A DNA stretch of 10,938 nt from a virus: UHGV virus genome UHGV-1796162, one strand, 5' to 3'. The notes beneath the pieces were generated by a model. The model was not told the DNA's origin and did no database searches. It was given only the letters and a program-made list of their open reading frames with translations. Of this stretch, positions 1 through 6,921 are shown piece after piece; positions within the stretch are counted from its first letter, which is position 1; the number at the start of each line of letters is the position of its first letter. The translations under genes were made by a program, and so were the position numbers.

Positions 1-18
1 TTTAGTTTTAGTAGTCAT
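1..18 (-). CDS. 5' end of a CDS running off the left edge (ATG at 16..18, reads MTTKTK...); possibly rIIB by T4 synteny
   Basis: ATG on the minus strand at 16..18 preceded by CAAGAGAGAGTAATAAG (purine-rich RBS-like). It lies directly downstream of rIIA, the position rIIB occupies in T4. Only 6 codons are visible, so identity is synteny only. Confidence 0.3.
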
Positions 19-67
19 CTTATTACTCTCTCTTGTTAGTTAATAAATCATTTTGTAAGGCTATTCT

Positions 68-87
68 AAGGGGCTTTGAAGCCCCTT
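68..87 (-). other. GC-rich stem-loop (AAGGGGCT-TTGA-AGCCCCTT) between the rIIA stop and the next gene start
   Basis: Perfect 8-bp inverted repeat with a 4-nt loop, read directly. No clear U-tract follows on the minus strand, so it may be a weak terminator, attenuator or RNA-stability hairpin. Confidence 0.4.
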
Positions 88-97
88 GTCAAACACT

Positions 98-2464
98 TTA
101 ATCGTAAATTGTAGTCCCTTCTGGAACACACTTCACATCAAAGCCTAAGAACTTACTCACTTCGATGGGTGACACTTTATTCCAATCTAAATGAGAAAGC
201 AAGAAGTTTTCTTGTTTTCTTTTTGAGAAGTAGTTTGTCACCTTAATAAACATACGGTCACCAGCTTTCTTAATTTTCTTGTAAAGCTTTGTATCATTAT
301 CAAGACACCTTTTCAAATCTTGCAACACACTAATAGTGTAAGTGTATGCAAATTGTGCAGCAACGTATTGGATTTTACCGAACATTGCCTCAACAGCATC
401 TTCATTACCTTCTAGGAAGATAGTTTTGTTTGTGTCCTGTGAATAGCAATAACCATCAGAAATCTTCCTGTTATTGAACGTAAAGTTTCTGGTAATAATC
501 CAACAGCTTGTAAGGTTAAGGACACCACGCATACAGATGCGTGTCATATACCTGTTATGATTAATCCAATGAACATCAGTTAAGCTGTCGTTCAAGAGCT
601 TCTCATCTACTTCAATCCAGTCTTCTGGTATCTTTTTCCAATTTGCTTTTCGGAAAACATAGACTGTCTTCCCTATAACATTAGCAACTGACTTAGCTAC
701 ATCTTCTGGAGATGAGCAAAAACATTCGCCATCAACTGTGTCACCAACTGCCTTGATGTAAAGCTGAGGTTCTTCAATTGTGTCTAAGTCTTCTGACACC
801 TCTGTGTATGAGGCTACACCTTCTGCTGGAACAGCTTTCCAGAGTTTTACAACACCTCTTACAGCTTCTTTACGCTGATAGTGATGTTCCTTATCAGACA
901 TTTTCACAATCTTTAACAAGCTTTTATCAAGTTTGTGTAGATTGATTAAGTCATCTAGCTCTTTTTCAGTCGAGAATACAAAGACAATACCATTGTATCT
1001 GTGAAACAGACTAGACTCACTGGCATAGTCTCGACATGCACCACGCAAGATTTGATTGCGTCCTACAGTCTTCTCAGTACCGTTTTTATTACGACGGTCA
1101 TTTATAACAAACAAAAACTGTTCAATTTGGCTTTTACGCATTGCACCAAAGATATTGAACATACTTGCCTCTTGAGTGTAGGAAAGCGATGTTGCACGAA
1201 TCTTACTCTCTAAAGAGTTGAACTTGACATAAGCAACTGGGTCATAAAGATAATCTACTTTAGGGATATTGTTCCCGTTCCTATCAACCTTAATATTACC
1301 TTTGCCGTCACGTTCATAAATGACTGAGCCGTCTTCTGCGTAGATAATTCCACGACGAATGTTTAGTAATTCTTCTTCCAGAGATTCAAGCTTAACACCA
1401 CCCCACTCTAGCTTTGGACACACAACATTAAACATCTCTCGTGAGTTCAAGCGTAACTCAGCATAAGCCTGTGCAGCATCCATGAGTGTAGGTTGACTAT
1501 TAACTTTCTTGATAACATCCTTTGTAATTGCTTCAGTTATCTTTTTAGTAGCCTCGATGATAACATTTTTTGTCGTGTCATTCATCTGCAATGCTTCACG
1601 AGAAGCTGCAATAGCAACTGAACCAATAGGCATGTAGATGTTTACAAGGTCTATGCTCCTGCGGAAAAATTCTGGTAATACTTTGAAGAAATCATCACCA
1701 AGTAATGCCTCCATATTAACTGGGTAGGCAATATTACCCATAACCACGTTAAACTCTGTTCTATTGCTGCTTGAACGCCAGCTATGCTTATGAGTCATGG
1801 CATCATAGACACCTTCTTCACGAGCAATCACATCCATATCTGCTAATATATCATTATACTCCACATTGCTCTCTGGTTTTACAGCAAAGTATGAGTATAC
1901 ATTACCAGCCTCTTCAAAGAACTTTGAAATACGGTGGTCAGCAACTGCCACACGTACAGCTAAACCATTAGGTTCTTTTGTTGGGTTAGTGGTCAGTTTA
2001 GTTACTTGAGGTATACCATTCTCAAGATAAACAGAGTACTTATTAACAACACCGTCAACATAGCTAGACACTGTGAATGACTGAGCAATTGCAAATGGTG
2101 ATTTTGAGCCGATACCCATTGCGCCAATGTAGTCATTAGAGTCATTCTTCGTAGAAGCCCCATAGTTTAGGTACAAACTCATAACTTTATCATGAGTCAA
2201 CCCAGTTCCAAAATCACGAACTTCAAAGTAAGGTTCAAAACGAGTAGGTAAATGCACATGGAATGGAATATTCTCTTTTCCAGCTTCTTTCTGAGCATCT
2301 ACTGCGTTACATGACAGTTCACGAATCACTGCCCTTTCTTTAAAGGTATATACACCAGAACTCAAAAGGCTGAACATTTCAGGTGTCATTGTAATCTGTG
2401 CTTGAGACGTCTCTAAAGAAGTTGAACTCTTAATCACTTCTGCGTGGTCGTTTACCATGCGCAT
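98..2464 (-). CDS. rIIA: rIIA-like protein (membrane-integrity / rII exclusion protein with N-terminal GHKL/HATPase-like domain), 788 aa
   Basis: ORF track 98..2464. N-terminal region FKERAVIRELSCNAVDA resembles the conserved Bergerat-fold motif of T4 rIIA (recalled as ...KIRAVVRELITNMIDA...), and the ~790-aa size is similar to T4 rIIA (725 aa). ATG at 2462..2464 preceded by AAGAGGAAAGTATT. Match is from memory of the T4 sequence. Confidence 0.75.
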   Translation of the reverse strand: MRMVNDHAEVIKSSTSLETSQAQITMTPEMFSLLSSGVYTFKERAVIRELSCNAVDAQKEAGKENIPFHVHLPTRFEPYFEVRDFGTGLTHDKVMSLYLNYGASTKNDSNDYIGAMGIGSKSPFAIAQSFTVSSYVDGVVNKYSVYLENGIPQVTKLTTNPTKEPNGLAVRVAVADHRISKFFEEAGNVYSYFAVKPESNVEYNDILADMDVIAREEGVYDAMTHKHSWRSSSNRTEFNVVMGNIAYPVNMEALLGDDFFKVLPEFFRRSIDLVNIYMPIGSVAIAASREALQMNDTTKNVIIEATKKITEAITKDVIKKVNSQPTLMDAAQAYAELRLNSREMFNVVCPKLEWGGVKLESLEEELLNIRRGIIYAEDGSVIYERDGKGNIKVDRNGNNIPKVDYLYDPVAYVKFNSLESKIRATSLSYTQEASMFNIFGAMRKSQIEQFLFVINDRRNKNGTEKTVGRNQILRGACRDYASESSLFHRYNGIVFVFSTEKELDDLINLHKLDKSLLKIVKMSDKEHHYQRKEAVRGVVKLWKAVPAEGVASYTEVSEDLDTIEEPQLYIKAVGDTVDGECFCSSPEDVAKSVANVIGKTVYVFRKANWKKIPEDWIEVDEKLLNDSLTDVHWINHNRYMTRICMRGVLNLTSCWIITRNFTFNNRKISDGYCYSQDTNKTIFLEGNEDAVEAMFGKIQYVAAQFAYTYTISVLQDLKRCLDNDTKLYKKIKKAGDRMFIKVTNYFSKRKQENFLLSHLDWNKVSPIEVSKFLGFDVKCVPEGTTIYD

Positions 2465-2492
2465 AATACTTTCCTCTTAGTTTACTGTTAAA

Positions 2493-2669
2493 TTACTTAT
2501 TAAACATTTTACCAGAACCACCACACATAGGGCAGCAACCTGCTCTTGTATAACCTTCCCCATTACAGAAGTCACATTTTTTGTGTTCTGCAAAGTACTT
2601 ACAAAGAAGGTAAACAAATACTGCTACACTACCAAGTGACAGTAAAATTTCTATCCAATATGCTTGCAT
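2493..2669 (-). CDS. Small (58 aa) protein with an N-terminal transmembrane helix and two CxxCxGxG (DnaJ-type zinc-finger) motifs; not in the supplied ORF track
   Basis: Manual translation of the minus strand: MQAYWIEILLSLGSVAVFVYLLCKYFAEHKKCDFCNGEGYTRAGCCPMCGGSGKMFNK. ATG at 2667..2669 preceded by GAGAGGTGAGTC (good RBS); stop TAA at 2493..2495. It fills the otherwise unexplained gap between ORF111 and rIIA and sits where T4 has the small gene rIIA.1. Confidence 0.5.
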   Translation of the reverse strand: MQAYWIEILLSLGSVAVFVYLLCKYFAEHKKCDFCNGEGYTRAGCCPMCGGSGKMFNK

Positions 2670-2986
2670 GACTCACCTCTCATATTCTTGTAAAGGATAA
2701 AGCTTCTGTCATGGACGATACTTGTAGACACTGCAAAGTTACTTTCAAGCATCTGTTTGTTTGGATTGTAGAAGCTTTCTTTAAACTCGTCAAGTGCAAA
2801 TTGGTGATGTTGTGGAAGACCTTTTACACAGACTTTTATTGTGATTGCTGCTGCAATCTTGCCAGTCAGTTCTTCTTTAGCTGCTACTAGAATTTTGCTA
2901 AGGAACTTTTTACCATCTTCAGGTTTCTTAATGTTCTCCCAACGTTCTTCTAAGACAATGTTGATATTCATCTCTTTGATTTTCAT
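2651..2986 (-). CDS. Hypothetical protein, 111 aa
   Basis: ORF track 2651..2986. ATG at 2984..2986 preceded by GGAGAAAACT (RBS, ~7-nt spacing), immediately after a terminator hairpin. No recognisable motif. Confidence 0.6.
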   Translation of the reverse strand: MKIKEMNINIVLEERWENIKKPEDGKKFLSKILVAAKEELTGKIAAAITIKVCVKGLPQHHQFALDEFKESFYNPNKQMLESNFAVSTSIVHDRSFILYKNMRGESCKHIG

Positions 2987-3000
2987 AGTTTTCTCCAGAA

Positions 3001-3025
3001 ATTAAAAAGGCTCCCGTAGGAGCCT
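3001..3025 (-). terminator. Rho-independent terminator downstream of the Nampt-like gene
   Basis: On the minus strand: stem GGCTCC-TACG-GGAGCC (plus 3009..3024) followed by TTTTTAATTT. Lies between the Nampt stop (3040) and the ORF111 start (2986). Confidence 0.6.
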
Positions 3026-3039
3026 CTTATCATATACTT

Positions 3040-4821
3040 TTAAAGCTGCTTGTCAATATTATTTCGAATATCACCAAGAGATGTGTAACCGTACTGCTCA
3101 GAGTCACTAAAGACTAAACGTAAAGCACAAGCTGGGTGGTCAAGTGCATCTGCAAAGCTCTGGAATCCATAGCCATCTACAGCTTTCAACTTATCACCAT
3201 CCCACATAGGTGCTACACCACCAAAAGCAGACTTCTTAACACCACTATCTGTTTTAGGGTCTTTTGCAAGCATAATCTCTTTACCACCAATGCTTGCAAG
3301 AGTTGCTTTAACAGCAAATGCAAAGGTGTCACGAGTCATGTACTGGTAAGTGTAAGAGCCTACGCCAAACACTACGTTAGAGCTTGCAAAACCCATTTCA
3401 TACAGACGCTTCAGGATTTCGTTTGCACGTTCCAGCGTGATAGAGTCACCATAGATAAGGCCGATATGCTCATCCAGTACCTTAAACCCTTTAGAGTTAA
3501 TAGTTCCCCCAAAGATGTTATACAGTGTCTTGATAGCTCCATCAATCTCCGCTACAGGACGTGTTACAACGTTTGCAGAACCAACCATATAAGCATTTTT
3601 CAACAGCACTGTATCAGCAACTTCAAAGTCTTCTCTGTCAACAACCATTTCGTAGCCTTCTGACAGTAGCCATCCAGCAATACCATAATTGATGTTTTCA
3701 AGCTTCATGTTCAGGACAGAGTTCAGCATTGTGTCACTTGCCTCTAGCTTGCTTAGGTGCTCGTAATAAGCCTTCTTAGCACACTCTAAGTGAATTGCTT
3801 TATAACCTGTGACAATATGTACAGGGTCTCCAGAGTCAGGGCGAATTACCAGTTTGCCATCACGTTCCATAATTTCTTTACGGAGTGCTGGTAAGATTTC
3901 TGACACAGTTCTCCAGAAGTTGTAAGTATCTGAAACAATACTTGCAATACCAGTTGGGTAAGTTTCTGTTAAGAAACGACGGAAGGTTTGTAACTCACCT
4001 TTAAAGCGTCTTTCTTCTTCAATCAGTTCATTACCACCTTCCCAAGCAATGTTTGCACACATTACAGAGTGTTCAGTGGCTGGTACAGAGCTACCAATAT
4101 CAGAAATTGGGTAAGACTGTCCATAGATGCGTTTAGCCGTGTATACAGCAGGAAAACTGTCAGTTCCTTTAAAGCTGGTTAAGTGACCTACAGCGTTAAA
4201 TGCGTCATCAGTAAAGCCGGACATACCACGCATAGCAAAGTCATGACACTGATAAGGTAAATGTAAGTCGTTGTCACAAGTAAGGTCAGCCCACTTCTTA
4301 CAGATGCGTTTATAGTGCAATGCAATAGTTGCAATGGTACAAGCTTTCCAAATCTCAGCAGAGAAAGCATCTTCCAGATACCCTGCTACCCAATGGAAAC
4401 CTGAAACAGTGTTCTGGAAGACAATCATTGGGACACGCATTGGAACAACTGTGCCTTCTTCTACAGCGTATACTTCGACTGGCAGATAACCTAAGTCGTG
4501 AAGTGCTTCCCAATGCTCTCGACCAATAGCATCTTTGCCCAGAACACCGTTCATGACTTCTAAGATTTCGTCAATTGCTTCTTTTTTGTCACGTTCAAAG
4601 AAAGTGGCGTTCCAATGGTCTATCAAGTAATCTTTAACAAAACGTTGAATACCAAAAGCCACTACACCGTCAATTGCCAAAGGGCTGTTAAACCATTTGT
4701 CACTACGTGGTGTCAGGTTCAACATAAGATATTGCGTAGCATCTGGATACTGATATATATGTGATGCCTTGTAAGCATCTGCGTTTAAACCTGCTGGCAC
4801 TGCATAAAGTGATTTAGTCAT
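3040..4821 (-). CDS. nadV: Nicotinamide phosphoribosyltransferase family protein (Nampt/NadV-like; alternatively a nicotinamide ADP-ribose transferase of the phage NAD+ reconstitution pathway), 593 aa from the ATG
   Basis: The track ORF starts at TTG (4839); I place the start at ATG 4819..4821 (MTKSLYAVPAGL...) preceded by TGAGAGAGATTAAAAAG. Family motifs recalled from human NAMPT: NADAYKASHIYQYP (vs ATDSYKVTHYKQYP), LVIRPDSGDP (vs LIIRPDSGNP), INSKGFKVLDEHIGLIYGDS (vs [20 protein letters not shown]). It is ~100 aa longer than canonical Nampt. Confidence 0.85.
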   Translation of the reverse strand: MTKSLYAVPAGLNADAYKASHIYQYPDATQYLMLNLTPRSDKWFNSPLAIDGVVAFGIQRFVKDYLIDHWNATFFERDKKEAIDEILEVMNGVLGKDAIGREHWEALHDLGYLPVEVYAVEEGTVVPMRVPMIVFQNTVSGFHWVAGYLEDAFSAEIWKACTIATIALHYKRICKKWADLTCDNDLHLPYQCHDFAMRGMSGFTDDAFNAVGHLTSFKGTDSFPAVYTAKRIYGQSYPISDIGSSVPATEHSVMCANIAWEGGNELIEEERRFKGELQTFRRFLTETYPTGIASIVSDTYNFWRTVSEILPALRKEIMERDGKLVIRPDSGDPVHIVTGYKAIHLECAKKAYYEHLSKLEASDTMLNSVLNMKLENINYGIAGWLLSEGYEMVVDREDFEVADTVLLKNAYMVGSANVVTRPVAEIDGAIKTLYNIFGGTINSKGFKVLDEHIGLIYGDSITLERANEILKRLYEMGFASSNVVFGVGSYTYQYMTRDTFAFAVKATLASIGGKEIMLAKDPKTDSGVKKSAFGGVAPMWDGDKLKAVDGYGFQSFADALDHPACALRLVFSDSEQYGYTSLGDIRNNIDKQL

Positions 4822-4842
4822 CTTTTTAATCTCTCTCAAAAT

Positions 4843-4858
4843 GGGGCTTAAAAGCCCC
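4843..4858 (-). other. GC-rich stem-loop (GGGGCT-TAAA-AGCCCC) between the Prs-like and Nampt-like genes
   Basis: 6-7-bp perfect stem read directly. On the minus strand it is followed by ATTTTGAGAGAG, i.e. only a short U-run, so it is a possible partial terminator or processing/stability hairpin. The stem sequence is nearly identical to the hairpin at 68..87. Confidence 0.45.
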
Positions 4859-4868
4859 CTATAAAGTT

Positions 4869-5750
4869 TTAATCAAGGTTTGCTACAGTAACTTGACCAT
4901 AATGTGTTAAGCCACGGTCTTTAGCTTCCCCTAAAGAGTTTGTAGTGTAAATGTGGTCAATACCATTGTCAAGTAAGTTTTCAACACCTTTAGAGAAAAT
5001 ACCATGAGTTACATAAAGTTCCACACGTTTTGCACCTGCTTCACGAAGATGTTTTGCTGCTTCTACGAAGGTTCGACCACCATCACAGATATCATCAAGA
5101 ATCATGACGGTTTTATCGGTCAAATCAACATCATCAAGGATTCGCATACCAGTAATTTCACCAGTCTTAAGGTTACGCACTTTAGACATTATGATATATG
5201 GTTTATCCACCTCTTTAGCGGCATCTTTAGTCTTCTTAGCTGCACCTGCATCTGGGGCTACTAAGAAATCAATGCGCGGGTCACTTGCAAAGTGTACTGC
5301 AATTTCCTTTTGAGGAATACTCTGGAAGCAGTTAAATAGGTTATCTGGTACATAACTGTGAGGGTCAACTGCACAGACTGCACCAAATCCCATTGCATTC
5401 ACCTGCTTAGCAAAAACCTTTAAAGCTGCTGCATCACCTTTAAACATGTGACGGTCATATCGTGCATTTGGTAAGTAGTAAAAAATGACAGTCTTTAAGG
5501 CATATTCATGAGGAACTAAATCATCAATTGCTTCTTTAGCAAGTGCCACAGCAAACAATGTGTCTTTATCATAACCTTTTACAATCATAATCACATTGTT
5601 GATGGATGATGCTGCGTGAGCAGTAAAGTCAACAAGCTCTTGTGAAAAGTGTCCACCAATCTCACCAGAAGGGAACTGGATGAGGTTAAACTCTTCTTCA
5701 TGAGACCCTTTTGTCGGTGAATGAATTATAACACGGATAGATGTTTTCAT
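4869..5750 (-). CDS. prs: Ribose-phosphate pyrophosphokinase (PRPP synthetase, Prs) family protein; alternatively an ADP-ribose pyrophosphokinase, 293 aa from the ATG
   Basis: The track ORF starts at TTG; I place the start at ATG 5748..5750 (MKTSIRVIIHSP...) preceded by TGAGAGTAAAACT. Type I PRTase ribose-phosphate binding loop VMILDDICDGGRTF (cf. Prs ...DD.IDTGGT) and a DPHS segment resembling the Prs DLHA region. Size matches Prs (~300 aa). Confidence 0.8.
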   Translation of the reverse strand: MKTSIRVIIHSPTKGSHEEEFNLIQFPSGEIGGHFSQELVDFTAHAASSINNVIMIVKGYDKDTLFAVALAKEAIDDLVPHEYALKTVIFYYLPNARYDRHMFKGDAAALKVFAKQVNAMGFGAVCAVDPHSYVPDNLFNCFQSIPQKEIAVHFASDPRIDFLVAPDAGAAKKTKDAAKEVDKPYIIMSKVRNLKTGEITGMRILDDVDLTDKTVMILDDICDGGRTFVEAAKHLREAGAKRVELYVTHGIFSKGVENLLDNGIDHIYTTNSLGEAKDRGLTHYGQVTVANLD

Positions 5751-5760
5751 AGTTTTACTC

Positions 5761-6039
5761 TCAATCAAAAGTTACGAATGTCACAGCCATAGCTGTTTTG
5801 CATTTTTGTGGATTCACAATGTGATAGATTACTGAACAGTTACCTGTGCTATCTGGTACTGGTTTTGTCCAAGTGCGTTCAACATTTGGTTCACCTAGTT
5901 CTTTGTAGAATCCGTTTGTGTGACGGTCAATCATCTCAAGAGCTAATGGGTCTGGTATATGGCCACGAATCATATACATCTCACAACCATTTCCAGCATC
6001 ACTTATTAGGTCTTTTATTTCCCAATCTGCTTTAGCCAT
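5761..6039 (-). CDS. Hypothetical protein, 92 aa
   Basis: ORF track 5761..6039. Its ATG (6037..6039) overlaps the stop of ORF171, and its TGA stop is embedded in the RBS-like TGAGAGT of the Prs-like gene, so it looks translationally coupled within the operon. No motif recognised. Confidence 0.55.
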   Translation of the reverse strand: MAKADWEIKDLISDAGNGCEMYMIRGHIPDPLALEMIDRHTNGFYKELGEPNVERTWTKPVPDSTGNCSVIYHIVNPQKCKTAMAVTFVTFD

Positions 6040-6547
6040 TGTAAGTTGCCCTATAAACTGTCTCGAACTTCAACAGGAGAGATATTGCCAAATCTGTATA
6101 GCTGTTGTCAAGCACATCTGGCATATTGTTTTTGATATATTTCTCTTGCTCTTCATAGGTCATCTTAGAGGTGCTTAAAAGTCTATCTCCTTGCTTCTGA
6201 TTATCAGCTTTAGTCTGGATAAACCAGTTTGCACAGTGATGTTCACCACCTTTTGTAACAGGCTTGTGGTGGCCTAATGTGAAGGACTGGTTACCTGTGT
6301 ATCTGCAAAGCTTATTGAGTACTGTAATGGTGTTCTTCACAACAAAACATTCATACAGGTTATCTATGGTGTAATGTGGGTAATAGTGGAATAGTGCTCT
6401 TTCACGAGTACTATCACGATTCCAGAGAATCATGTGATTAGAGTTAGAAGGGTCATATTGGTGGGAGTCAATGAACTCTTGACGTTCCTCAAAGCTGAGC
6501 CTTAACACTGACATTGCAGCCGAACGTTTCAGGTTTGACAGGTACAT
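6032..6547 (-). CDS. Hypothetical protein, 171 aa (His-rich segment LGHHKPVTKGGEHHCANWF)
   Basis: ORF track 6032..6547. ATG at 6545..6547 preceded by GGAGATAAT, directly after the terminator hairpin at 6566..6586. It is the first gene of the apparent operon ending with the Nampt-like gene. Confidence 0.6.
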   Translation of the reverse strand: MYLSNLKRSAAMSVLRLSFEERQEFIDSHQYDPSNSNHMILWNRDSTRERALFHYYPHYTIDNLYECFVVKNTITVLNKLCRYTGNQSFTLGHHKPVTKGGEHHCANWFIQTKADNQKQGDRLLSTSKMTYEEQEKYIKNNMPDVLDNSYTDLAISLLLKFETVYRATYNG

Positions 6548-6554
6548 ATTATCT

Positions 6555-6586
6555 CCAAAATAAAAAGGGAACCTTTACAGTTCCCT
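6555..6586 (-). terminator. Rho-independent terminator
   Basis: On the minus strand: GGGAAC-TGTAAAG-GTTCCC followed by TTTTTATTTTGG. Lies between the ORF103 stop and the ORF171 start. Confidence 0.6.
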
Positions 6587-6598
6587 AATCATAGACTC

Positions 6599-6910
6599 TT
6601 ACTGAACTAATTTCAATACTTTGAAGAAACCTTCTTCACCAATTGCATCATAGACCTTTTCAGTTGGCTTGATAAGGTTGTTCAAGCAGATTATTTTCTT
6701 ACGTTTCTTATCATAAGAAAGTTTAAGCTGCTTCAGCTCTTTATCATCTTCAGGGTGCTCATTGTACATCTTTACAGCCTCTTTGAAGCTAATGTAACCG
6801 CCGCCAAGAGTAAGGAAACCTGTGCCACAATAATGTGAATTGTGCTTATCAGCCATAAACTGACACAGAATAGAAATCTGAATTTTACGGGTGTTATAAA
6901 TCTTTTCCAT
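6599..6910 (-). CDS. Hypothetical protein, 103 aa
   Basis: ORF track 6599..6910. ATG at 6908..6910 preceded by GTAAGGATAACCAAA (RBS AAGGA). No motif recognised. Confidence 0.6.
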   Translation of the reverse strand: MEKIYNTRKIQISILCQFMADKHNSHYCGTGFLTLGGGYISFKEAVKMYNEHPEDDKELKQLKLSYDKKRKKIICLNNLIKPTEKVYDAIGEEGFFKVLKLVQ

Positions 6911-6921
6911 TTTGGTTATCC

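Noticed and set aside
1001-1213. Plus-strand ORFs in the track (1001..1213, 1771..1971, 3136..3663, 4329..4529, 5004..5264, 5104..5313, 5808..6035, 6842..7030, 10167..10370, 10616..10798)
   Set aside because: All lie antisense within well-supported minus-strand genes, lack convincing RBSs and have low-complexity or Cys/His-rich translations typical of antisense frames. The whole window is transcribed on one strand.
3517-3789. Intein in the Nampt-family insertion
   Set aside because: The insert is too short (~90 aa) and lacks the intein hallmarks (N-terminal Cys/Ser block, C-terminal His-Asn followed by Cys/Ser/Thr).
4188-4370. Minus-strand 60-aa ORF inside the Nampt-like gene and 66-aa ORF 6894..7094 overlapping the 85-aa ORF
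   Set aside because: Alternative frames nested within or overlapping stronger genes, with no RBS and no recognisable features. Most likely chance ORFs.
3040-4839. Track start codons for the Nampt-like (4839), Prs-like (5768) and nrdD exon 2 (9593) ORFs
   Set aside because: These are TTG codons translated as M by the track. In-frame ATGs with purine-rich RBSs lie a few codons downstream for the first two, and the nrdD frame is actually an internal exon, so the TTG starts were not used.
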